This document shows positions 23,845-34,830 of a stretch of DNA of 61,431 nucleotides, piece by piece (position 1 is the first letter of the stretch; each line of letters opens with the position of its first letter). Location: the NCBI GenBank assembly GCA_000934665.2, contig KZ538570.1:1-61431 (forward strand), given 5' to 3'. Made by a program: the position numbers and the translations under genes. Under the pieces are notes generated by a model that did not search any database, was not told the origin of the DNA, and worked only from the letters and a program-made list of their open reading frames with translations. The stretch comes from Catajapyx aquilonaris (taxonomy: Eukaryota).

Positions 23845-25299
23845 GCATCCAATTGGAGGTGGACTCAAAGTGAAAACGTTCAAAATATTGCCAATATGAA
23901 TTTAGCGTTCAGTTAATGTCTGTAACAAGATACTTTTGGCAACATGAGATAGCCTGGTTGCTGGTTCTGATAATGACCTACTCCGTTAGCTACATGATGA
24001 TGTGTCATTTTTTTGTGCAAATTGCTAAATTGCGCAGCCTTTCATATCGATTCACCATAATGAATTCGCGAATTCTGAGAACCGTGTTTATCTGGCCCAG
24101 ATTCACCCATCCAAAAAATGCGGAAACACACGCCCAGGTCGATACAATACGGGGGGACCAAACTTTTCTCTCCCCAAAAATTTCCACCCTGTTAGAATAA
24201 GAGATGGACTATTGTTCAGCATCTCACAGTCAGCCGAAGTCGATATGAAGCGAAGATCCCCAAGTTTTGACTTTTAATCAGTAGGTTTTCTATGCTTTCC
24301 GTATATTATACAGGGCGACACAAGCGGATTGTTCACTCTGGCAACCCCCAGATTCCTGGCATCCTTATATAGGCCCGAGGGGGGTTATATCATCCAGTTC
24401 TATTGATGGGAAGGGGGGTTTGGGAAGAGAGAAAGAGGAGGAGGGGTGGTCCTCTCCCCAGTTCCAATTCCAAAAACCGGGCTAAAAACCCCGCCGGCAG
24501 AGCTTCCTGGCCGGACTTTATAACAATCATAAAAGAGGCAGCTTATTCGACCCAGAGTCAGTCCAGTGGCATCACAAAGTTTAACAACAACAAACCCCCC
24601 AAATAATAAAAATCGAGGCGGAGTCCATTAGAAGTTCACATCAGATTTTTGCTGGGTATAGTTGAAGGTATTTTTACTTGAGAGAATATGCTTTTTTTTA
24701 TTCCAGCAGTGTAACCAAATTAGTTTCAGTTTCTGTGTGTGATCCATGCGACCATTGCCAATACGGAATGATGGTTGACAATCGCCGACGGGTAGCTTTG
24801 CTGGAATTCCAGGACCAGTGAGTGACTCAGAATCCTCCCTCCAGGCGTTAGCTGCTATCGACAAGGACGACCCTAAAAACGCAGCCAACTGGTCGGGTCC
24901 TCTCTCTCTCAGGGTGGGTGGGTGGGGGAGAGAAAAAAGGGGGAGGGGGGAGTGATGGATGCTGTCCGCAGCTGATGGCCGCTTTGCGTGCAAACCCCCA
25001 CCTATCCACCCAGCTCGTCACCCAGCCCACCCCTTCCATATACTCCTGCTCAAGGGATGGGATCTCAGGGCCCTTCTTCGGGAATTCGCCAGGTTGCTTT
25101 TCGGAGAGAAACTCGCGGTAAAAAAAGTACAAAAAAAAGGATTGGTGCTCAGGTGTCAGTTAATGACATCATGTATTTACCTGGAGGTGATATACTCCAG
25201 TTTTGGGGCTGTAGGTGGCGTGGAATTGCGGTTCTATGTGGGGGGGGGGGAACCGTATCTGCTTATCCGGCCCATGCTCCGCAGTTCGCTGACATCAAG

Positions 25300-25945
25300 G
25301 TGACACTCTGATCAGCAAAGGTTACCAGATGCCTGCAACAAAGTGTTGCCAGTTGGCACTCTGATCAGTAAAAGTTACCAGATTCCTATGCAAGGGTTCC
25401 AGTTTGCACTCTGATCAGCAAAAGTTACCAGATGCATATACCAGGGAGCATAATTATACTACATAAGAGACTCAAACATTCCATTTCGGCGTTTCTCTGT
25501 TTGGGGCGTTCACAAGGCTGGCGGCCATCTTGAAGTGTGGGGAACGCCAACGAGGTATAAATAGGGTACGGTCAAAAATAGGGTCCCCATCTTTGATTCG
25601 CGCGTGTTCTTGCCGTGTAGTTGCCATGGTCGGCAAAACCATCAAAGATGGCGGACCCTATTTTTGCCTGTACCATATTTATACCTCATTGGCGTTCCCC
25701 ACACTTCAAGATGGCCGCCAGCCTTGGCAACGGCCCCAAACAGAGAGGCGCGAACATCAAAGGCGCCGACAGAAGTTTGCGCCTCTTATGTAGTAGGGCT
25801 ATATGCTCCCTACCTATACGAGTAAGAGTAGCCAGGTAGCACTCTGATCAGGAAAGGTTACCAGATGCCTATGAGTAAGCGTTGCCAGGTGGCACTCTGA
25901 TCAGCAGAGGTTACCAGATGCCTGCTAGTAAGCGTTGCCAGATGC
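25300..25945 (+). repeat. ~50-bp tandem repeat (GCACTCTGATCAGCAAAGGTTACCAGATGCCT) split by a MITE
   Basis: Units at ~25304, 25357 and 25406, then ~25839 and 25892 after the insertion. Confidence 0.85.
25443..25811. mobile_element. Fold-back MITE (~370 bp) with long imperfect TIRs
   Basis: AGGGAGCATA..TACTACATAAGAG..CAAGGCTGGCGGCCATCTTGAAGTGTGGGGAACGCCAA..AAAAATAGGGTCC is mirrored by the right arm ending TATGCTCCCT. The TSD is ambiguous: ACC/ACC, or CATATAC/CCTATAC if the ends extend 1 nt. Confidence 0.85.
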
Positions 25946-27349
25946 ATTTCATTGACGTCACACCTAAGTTTGGTCTGACGTCACGGTCGGATATAGTGTC
26001 CCACAAAAAAAGGTGCTGCAGCGCGGCAGAGGCAGCAGCAAAAGGAGTGCGAAAAGGGATGAGAGGAGTTTGCAATTAAGGTGTGGGAGTGGGTTGGGTG
26101 GCCGGGAAAGGTGATGGATCACCTGCAAAGACAGGTTCGCTATTGGAGATGGGGAGGTGGTGTAAGGGTGGAAGGGAAGAGGCCTATTCTTACCCTGTGT
26201 GGCTGCCGGGTCATTGTTGTGTGTTGGGATGACAGGCAGATGGGAAGATTAGGGTGCGGATAGATGGACCCCGCGCTCCGATAATTGAATGGCCTCCATA
26301 CACACTGCGGAACACTGATCTACTCCGGAGATATACCCCCCACTGTAAAGAAAGTTGGCAAGCTTGGAGCCAACTGGTCCGGATCGTCCAATGGCCGGTG
26401 TTGACCGCGTTGACAGGTGACCTCCGTAACGAATATGGAGGAAGTGTAACGGTGGTCAGGGATGGGAGGAACCAAGCAAGGAGGCGATTTCCAACCAGAG
26501 ATTGGTTCACTTGGATGTGCAACACTGATTCGGACACGGTGAAACGTAGTGCGCACCAATTTTTCGAGACGGAAGACTGAAAGGTTTCACTAATGGCACA
26601 CCCCTGTTGGCTGTTGATAATATACAAGGGTGCCATCTGCAGAGACACAAAAATTAATCTGGTCACACCTGGCAACCTTGCGATCCGCCATATTGCATCT
26701 GGCAACCTTTCACAGCGGCCCAACCGGAGTGTATCAATCTCTGGTCGATTTCTCGTCATGGACTGTCACTCGGTGGACCCTTGCTGCCATGCAGCGTGGC
26801 CAATCTTGACGGTGGTGGTCAGTGGTGTTGACCTCGATCAATTTCCACTGCAGGGTTGCCCGGGCCAGAGAAGGAAACGGGGGCGGTGACGCCACGTCAG
26901 GCCAGCCAACCGTTGAAGAGTGAATCTCTACTAGCGATAAGCCCCGTCACACTTTAGCGACAAATGAAATGCTTTACACCTCCTCAGGTTCTTGTACAAT
27001 TTTTTTTTACTTGCACTTGTTGTAATGCGAGCTCCGTTTCTTCCTCCTTCCCGTTCGAAGCAGGTGTAGAGGATGACCGCTGCTCAAGGGAAAACTTTTG
27101 CCCACCTCACCACCTCCCACTCCATAAATCGACGGACTGTTATGGTCTGTTTAACTCCAAGTCTGAGTTCACTGATTTCATTTCGGATTGTTAGAGGAAG
27201 CGGTGGGTGGTTGGTTGGGCGAGGAGGAGGAGGAGGAGGGAGTATAGTGATGAGGAATTGGTTCCAGCAGTTTGCTCGTTTTTCACCAATTCCGTCACAC
27301 TTTCTTATCCGCTCCGTGAAATCCACAATTTTGTAAATCAATCAGTGCC

Positions 27350-28020
27350 CAAAACACCAGTGTGCCAATGGCCATCCGAAATTTGACATCAGAAGAAAAG
27401 GTACCACGTGGCACCTTGCCAATATAACGTTGTCAAAAAATGCAACCAAAAAGGTTGCCAGGTGACATCCCACACGTGAAAAGTTTGTCAGCTGTAATAT
27501 GACACCATGTGCAACAAAAGCTTCCCGGGTGTAATATGACACCTTGTTCAGCTAAAGGTTACCAGCTGTAATTCGGTACTTGGCTAGAAAAGGTTGTCAG
27601 ATTCAGCATGACACTTTGGCCGAAGCAATGTCACCAGATGTCACATGACACCTTACACAGTTGCCAAATGAAATGACACCCTGTTCAGCTAAAGGTTACC
27701 AGCTGTAATTCCGTACTTTTTATAGTAAAGGTTGTCAGATTAAGCACGTTGGAATTTGGCCGAAGCGATGTCACCAGATGTCACATGGCACCTTGCACAG
27801 TTGCCAAATGAAATGACACCCTGTTTAGCTAAAGGCTACCAGATGTAATTTTTTACTCTTCTGCTAGAAAAGGTAGTCAGATGCAGAATGGCACTACAGA
27901 TGTCACTGGCACCTTGCACAGTTGTCAGGTGAAAATAGACAAATCATGATCTGGCACCCCAGCATGGCACTCTGGCCGAAACAATGTTACCAGATGTCAC
28001 CTTGCACAGTTGCCAGATAT
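27350..28020 (+). repeat. ~140-bp tandem repeat rich in GTT(A/G)CCAG(A/C)TG and TGACACC motifs
   Basis: TGACACCYTGTTCAGCTAAAGGTTACCAGCTGTAATT at ~27536, 27675 and 27815, with degenerate flanking units. Confidence 0.85.
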
Positions 28021-28129
28021 AGCTATATTATGATCGTATCCAGTCAAATGGTTGTTAGACGCAGCAGTTTGTCCAATTCGCCCACACTCTCCTTATCCCC
28101 CCATCCAATTTGGTAGATCAATCACTCTG

Positions 28130-28930
28130 ATCATATTGATCCCATATCGATTGACAGTGTCAACAGGTGTAGTGTACCAGTACCGGCGCATTGTCCTGCT
28201 GGTAACGCGCCTGGTCTCCCTCGCTCTCTCTCTCTCCCCCTGCATGCCCCCAGTCCCCCCACTCTCCTTGGCGGCAACCTATCCGGACGACGCTCTCGAC
28301 GCGTGCCCGACGGACGGTTGCCGACGACGCCCGAGGCGCCGTCCACGACGCTGCCTCTGCCCTGTCGACAGTCGCCCGCCCGCTTTCGCCCCGCCCAGGC
28401 GTCCGGGGAGGAGTCACACACCCTGTACTTCCAACTTGTTAAAAACAAAAAAAAAAGAAGAAAAATTTTTATCTTTGAAAAAGTAACGTCTGGCCGTGTG
28501 TGACCCTCCCCCTTTCCTAGCTCTGGTTGAGCGACCTTTTCTTCCTCCTCCCCCCCTCCTCTCCTTGCTCTCACACCACTTGTTCCTTCACCCATGTGTG
28601 TCCCCGACTTGCTTGGTCAACAGGCTCTGCTTAGTATAGGGCGGGCGACGCACTCCTGCCGACGCCGGTCCTAAAAAGTGTGCGACGTCCAACGGGCCAT
28701 GGGAGTCGGTGAGTCAGCATGTTTTTATTTTAAATTTTTGAAGCTGTTGCGTCGCTTCCGGGCGGCCTCATTTGCATGTGGGTGCGTCTCACAACAGGTG
28801 TCTGGCAGCATGTGACATTCCCCGACACTGCTGGGTATAGAGAGCGAGGCCTCGGGGTCTTTAGCATAGCTGTTATGTCGCGACGGCATGTGTTTATATA
28901 TAGTGAGAGGTTGTCGGTGCCGGTTTAGTA
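28130..28930. promoter_or_regulatory. CpG-rich island / candidate promoter and first exon region
   Basis: High CpG density (many CGACG), GC boxes (CCCCGCCC ~28388, GGGCGG ~28638), (CT)n tracts and an octamer ATTTGCAT at ~28770. Contains a Kozak ATG and a strong donor. Confidence 0.4.
28699..28708 (+). CDS. Candidate first coding exon end (M-G-V-G, phase 1) of an unidentified gene
   Basis: GCC-ATG-G Kozak context, in-frame upstream TAA at 28672 and donor CG/GTGAGT. The phase matches the high-GC3 frame of exon 44795-44904. Confidence 0.35.
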
Positions 28931-28973
28931 GCACTTGCTGCAATTGAGCTAATTGTCGTTGCAGTTGCTGCTG

Positions 28974-29129
28974 GGTTCACACTGGCGTCGTTTGTCGTTG
29001 TCGTTTGGGTGGTTGGGATCTCAACAGACAGTCAGTTTATGGGCCAGGACTTACTGAGGGAAGGGGGGGGGNGGGGGGGGGGGATGACAACGACAACGAC
29101 CAAATGACAGCGACACCGTAGTGTGAACC
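28974..29129. mobile_element. PIF/Harbinger-like MITE remnant (contains an assembly N)
   Basis: GGTTCACACT..GTCGTTGTCGTT / ACAACGACAACGAC..AGTGTGAACC inverted ends. Confidence 0.6.
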
Positions 29130-29270
29130 TGGACGTATCACTAACTATAGGCCTAATAGCCTTTAATATAGTGGAATTGTTGAGCATGTGTCCCGTCTGA
29201 CGTCAGTCGAAGCTATTACATGTACGGAATGTTAGTTAATTTTTATGCGATAAGTAGCAGGTCGCTGCTC

Positions 29271-29375
<105 letters not shown>

Positions 29376-29965
29376 CCGCAATGCCTGCCTTCATGTCATA
29401 GTCTTAACTTGGGGTAGGTAAATGGGCATTGAAAACGTAACGAGTGACAACTGTCATATGAGCAATTGGTCAATCAAAACAAACCAGAGGCTGCTCGGCT
29501 GACACGCGGCTACCATCAGCACACAAATGCTAAATTAATAGAGAGCAAAATAGGGGTCGCCCCTGCTGTGTGGCCTCACGCAATTGGACCCAAAATTGCC
29601 AAACTGTTATCCCGCACCCTCGGTCCGACGAAAGTAAATTAATTAACTGCCTCATTCATCACATCTACAACTATATATATAGACACACGAATTTAGTTAA
29701 TCACGATTGAACTTAAAACGAGCCAAGAACCGGACAAATTTAATTGTTGCGAGTTCCATTGTCGCTGGAGGAGCCTTTGAAGTGCCGGAAGGGTCAGGAA
29801 GAGTTTCGATGAAGTTCTCTACGTGTTCGCGTGGATTTTCTCGGGATACCAAAAAAGCATGGTTGCCACCATACTTTTAATTGTATAAGGAAAAATTTGC
29901 ACGGCCTCATTACGACAAATTTTAAGTTAGGTTGATATTAGTGAACCTCTTCTCAAAATTCCCAG

Positions 29966-30075
29966 CTGTCCACGTAGTACGTCATCCCTGACACAGATGG
30001 CGCACACTAATGCCACTCACCTAGCTGCTGACTCACCCCGGACAGAGGCACAGACTCAAGCCGATTCTATAAATG
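29966..30075 (+). mobile_element. Dispersed repeat family A, copy 3 (internally deleted)
   Basis: CTGTCCACGTAGTAC-N14-AGATGGCGCACACTAATGCCAC..CTGACTCACCCCGGACAGAG..ATTCTATA. The deletion relative to copies 1 and 2 lies between two GCA microhomologies. Confidence 0.75.
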
Positions 30076-33000
30076 ATTTCTGATGGCCTCAGTTGCCTAT
30101 AAGCTTCCTCCAACGACCCAATCCGCTATAGCACGACAGCACGAAAGAAATCAATTGAATTTTTTTTGACCGCCCCCCCCTCCCCCCATTCAATTTTTTT
30201 TTTCTCCACCCTCTCCAGTTTTTATTCTGCAGTGATTAATATTGACATAACTCCCAGCCACCCCGCTCCAGGCTTGGGTAACATCCATTAATACCTTGGC
30301 ATCAGTAGGAGAGGAATGACTCTGGCAGCTAATCCGGGCCTTTTCAACCTCATCAATCTGTTCCAAACCACACACTCTTTTCCCCCCCTCCACATCTCCG
30401 TGACGTCACATCCACGCATACATATACAGACGTGTGTGTGTGAGTGTGGCTAGGAAGAGTCTTGCCCCCTTCTAGTCTGTCACTGATAGTAGTTTACGAG
30501 GGGGGAAGAAATTCCAGGCAAAGTTGTGTCCCTGGAAGCCCCCGCCACCTGCTGGGGTGACCGGGAACCTTCCGCCAAAAACCCATAAATCCCGGCGGGA
30601 ACTGGGGAAGGGGGGGGAAGGGTGTTCCCGAGGGGAGGGGATGGGGGATGGGGGAAAAAAGAGCTAATGAATGGGGGAGAGAATCATCGCACTGCACTTG
30701 CGCTTATGCTCCTCTCGATTCCTGCTACCGGATGTCATTTCGATATATTTAGTAGGAATCATCCTGCAGGTTATGCAACCTGGTGGTCTGACCTGCAGGA
30801 TAATCCCGACCTTGACCCAAACAATATGTGTGTGTGGGTTTCACACCCGTCCTCTAATGCGATGTGAATATGGGACACAGACAGGTGTACTCTCCGGTTC
30901 AAATAAAAATGCGTGACCCAAGAAAAATTCTGGTGGGTTTGGCTGGGGTGCAATCCCAATCTGGACATTTCCTCAGGGCCTCATCACTATTCCCCCCCCC
31001 TTTTTTCCCCCCCTCCCGAAACGAATGATCTTGGTAATTAGAGGCTATCGCCAACGCCCTCTCTCGAGCCGCCGCCGCCACAGATGGCGAATCGCTTTAT
31101 TGTTGCGCGAAGAATGCCGGGAAACCTGTTCTCAGAGAGAGAAAAAAAAGAAAAGACAAAAAAAAAACCCTCGAATAGGGCAGGAGACTCTAGGGGACCA
31201 CCATTTTTTTTAACGACCTTTGATTGCTCCGAAGCCAATCGGTATCGACTGGTTAGAAAAACATATGGCTCAATTTTGTTGTCTCCGATATTATTATATA
31301 GACTTGTGTGGCGAGCATTATACCAAACGATAACAAGGCCTGCGCGAAGTGAGAAGGACGTGCCTGTGGATAGGCTATAATTAATCGGCTAATTGCGGGA
31401 TAGGCTGGCAAAAGATGGCTACCTGCTGCAAGGTCGTCATTAGTACATATTGGCATTTTCGAGGGGGGGGGGGGGGAGAAAATTATGCCGTTAGGAGCCG
31501 CTTTTCTGCCACTTGCCAATAATTAATTATTGGAGGAGGAAAATGTTACAACGGATCGCCGAACCCTTAGTTGGATCATATTCCGGTTTTTGTACACACG
31601 CAGACGCCTCTTACTCGCACTAATTGCGGCAAAATATTTTTTTTTATTCTTATTACAGTACATCTGATCGTATATTCGAAATTAATAAAATATATGGCCC
31701 ATTTCTGGCTATAGTGATTAGAAACTACAAGTGCTGTCATCTAACAGAAGGACTATTTGCTAAAATTATGGCAATTTGACCTACTTTTCATTACATCACT
31801 TATTGGGCAATATTTGTAAATTACATAGCCGCCAAATTTACATACATTTCCGATAACATATTGTCTATCCATTTTAACATGTGTTCACATGATTTATGCT
31901 TCAGATGAATTGGCTTAGGGCGAATTTTCGGCCATTTATGACATTTTTTCATGTTTAAACATTGACTGATGCGTAATGACACTTATATGATTGAATCATA
32001 TCACAGCAATTAAACCGTTGGTCTATACTAAGAAAGGGTGATTAATTGTCAGCTTTTGCATAAATATTCTATAGCTCCCATAAGGAGGTAAAATCTGTAT
32101 TTAATTTATAATTATAGCACTCATTTTACGGTGTGGCTCTTTTTTGTGTGCTTAGTTTTTCTTCATCTCCAAGTATTTAGTAATTCTATAACAGTGTTGC
32201 ACGCCTACGTTGTAATTCAGCGAATCTTTTCCACCCTGCTGCATCACGTGTTCACTACCTTGTGTCCTGCTGTCACTCTTACAGCGTAATTAAAATATCC
32301 GTACGTTCTGTACACCTGTGACATGTACACACACATCTGACCGGTACTTGCCATATAACTGGCATTCTGCACATAAAAGTCTGCCCCATTCCATATATTG
32401 TACGACTGATATAAATTGTACGGAATTTTAATACCTTGATATTGTATGAAATAAATTGTACGGAATTTTTGTCATATTTACGCGACAAGTACACACCCTG
32501 TACATATGGCGGTACTTCCTCTTCCTTCCCCCGGCATTGCAATGCAGGCAATATCCTACAGCCTCCTGCCAACTTTTCCCCATAACCGTCTCCATGAGTC
32601 GACCTCTGACCCCTTTGAGCTGGCTGGATATCCCACATGGTAGTTGGGTTTTATACAGTTAGTGCACTTGACCTATCGCAATATCTCTGAGCCGTGTGTG
32701 GGTGCATTACTCGGTTGATTTTCCTGTTCGATTCATTAGTGAGCACAGGGAAGGAAAAGTTGTTGAAAAGCGAAATCACGAAGGCCGACGGGGTTCTATC
32801 GATTCGCATACTAATGGCCGGCTACAGCACTCGGGAGTGGCAAGAGCGCCATAAACAAGCGCCATTACTGCTCTTTACACGTGCTTTTTGGGAGGGTCGT
32901 TTTTTTGAAGGCGGTGACATATTCCGGGGAGAGCTTGTAGCTGGAGTAGGGTTGACGACACTGCCAGTTTGTTGGGGAGGGTTGGAGTGGTTGGAGTGGG

Positions 33001-33719
33001 GGTGATCTCGAGGCTGGGATTGGTCGGAAGGAAGGTGACGCGTCGCAGGGAGGACGCGGGGACAGGCCGGGCCTGGTCGCCCCAACGGCCAATCTGGTCG
33101 CTAGGCAGGCAGTCCCTAAACCAAGCCCCCTTGCCACCCTTGCCTCCCCCTCCACAAACGGGCCTTGCTAAGCACCGTCCCCTGCACCAAACCAACCGGG
33201 TTTCTCCAACCGACACCACACGTCCCCCCGTATCACACTCAGGAGAAGCGTGTGTCTCGTCCGTCCGTCCGTCGCGACGCTCGACGCACAGGAGGACTAG
33301 TGCGTATGTTGTTGTGTGTTAGTTTTTGGGTGCCTGGAAACCGCATCATGTCGGATGATGGGGCACCCGCACGTGGTCCACGCTAGGTCTGCGAGCGAGC
33401 CGGCGATGAAGACTACTGACCGGGTCCATGACGGTGAGAAAAGCCTTTTTGCTTATATCGCAACTACTGGGCACGGAACGGAACGGCACGGACACGTTCC
33501 GGATCGTGCCCGTGTGGCCTAGACCTAATCTAGTCAACCTGTGTTAATCCTTCAGATAGGCCTGGGTTCAGTGGGGGCTTAACGTCGGCCTATTTCTGCC
33601 TCTAAGGCTCAACACCGACGCCAGGTGGAAATTTGGCCACTCTGGGGATCTGTCACGTGCACTCGCGCAATGTCACAAGCACACGGGACAGACGGCTTTA
33701 CTTCCCCTCCGAAGGATGC

Positions 33720-34830
33720 AAACAACTGGCGAACTTTTCCGGCCGTAAAATGTTTCCTGGTGGTATAGTGCAGCCTCTGTTAATCCGTCCGGTTAATCCG
33801 TCAGTTAGACCTAGCCTAGGACGAACTTTTTTCCGGCCGAAAAATATTTCCTGGTGCTGTGCAACCTCTGTTAATCCTTCAGATAGGCCTACAAGTAAAC
33901 AACTGCCAAACTTTTCCGGCCGAAAAATATTTCCTGGTGCTGTGCAACCTCTGTTAATCCTTCAGTTAGGCCTACAAGTAAACAACTGCCAAACTTTTCC
34001 GGCCTGAAAATGTTTCCTGGTGGTATAGTGCAGCCTCTGTTAATCCGTCAGTTAGACCTAGCCTAGGACGAACTTTTCCGGCTTTTTTTCCGGCCGAAAA
34101 ATATTTCCTGATGTAGTGCAACCTCTGTTATGCCCGATTTCTCGAACAGTGGTTCATATGTAAACCCGGTTCAAGTCCGGTTTAATCCCAGTTCAGAGTC
34201 TTGAACTGGGATTAAACCGGACTTGAACCGGACCGAACTAAATCCTTCAGTTAGGCCTATAAGTAAACAACTGGCGAACTTTTCCGGCCGGAAAATATTT
34301 CCTGGTAGTGCTGTAACCAGTGGTACATCCTCTGTTAATCCTTCAGTTAGGCCTAGCCTATGACGAACTTTTCTGCCTATTTTTCGGCCAGAAAATATTT
34401 CCTGGTGTTGGTGCAACCAGTGGTGCACCTGAGACGAACTGTTACATCTCTTTTCCGGGCAGATAATGTTTCATTGGTGGTGCAAGCAATGGTATAGCCT
34501 ATACAAACTGTTAGGCCTAGTCTAGGACGAAATTTTCTGTTTTTCGGCCAGTAAATATTTCCATGTGTTGGTGTAACCAGTAGTGTTCAGTTAGGCCTGC
34601 AAGACTAGCTTTTTCCTCTCTTTTTCCGGCCGGAAAATATTTCCTGGTGCAGTGCAACCTCTGTTAATCCCTGTTAGGCCTACCTTATAGGACTAAATTT
34701 TCCGTTTTCCCGCCTGAAAATGTTTTCTGGTGGTTGTGCAACCTCTCAGTTTAGGCCTAGCATCAGACGAACTTTTCCATCGCTTTTCCGGCCGGATAAT
34801 ATTTCCTATAGTGTTGGTTGCAACCAGCAG
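33720..34830 (+). repeat. Complex tandem repeat family C (core AACTTTTCCGGCCGAAAAATATTTCCTGGTG..GTGCAACCTCTGTTAATCC)
   Basis: About a dozen cores in units of ~67-110 bp, with alternating linkers TAGGCCTACAAGTAAACAACTG and TAGACCTAGCCTAGGACG. Confidence 0.9.
34166..34231. repeat. Perfect 30-bp-arm hairpin within a ~110-bp insertion in the family C array
   Basis: CCGGTTCAAGTCCGGTTTAATCCCAGTTCA-gagtct-TGAACTGGGATTAAACCGGACTTGAACCGG. The insert (~34131-34240) splits the array motif CTCTGTTA/ATCCTTCAG. Confidence 0.85.
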
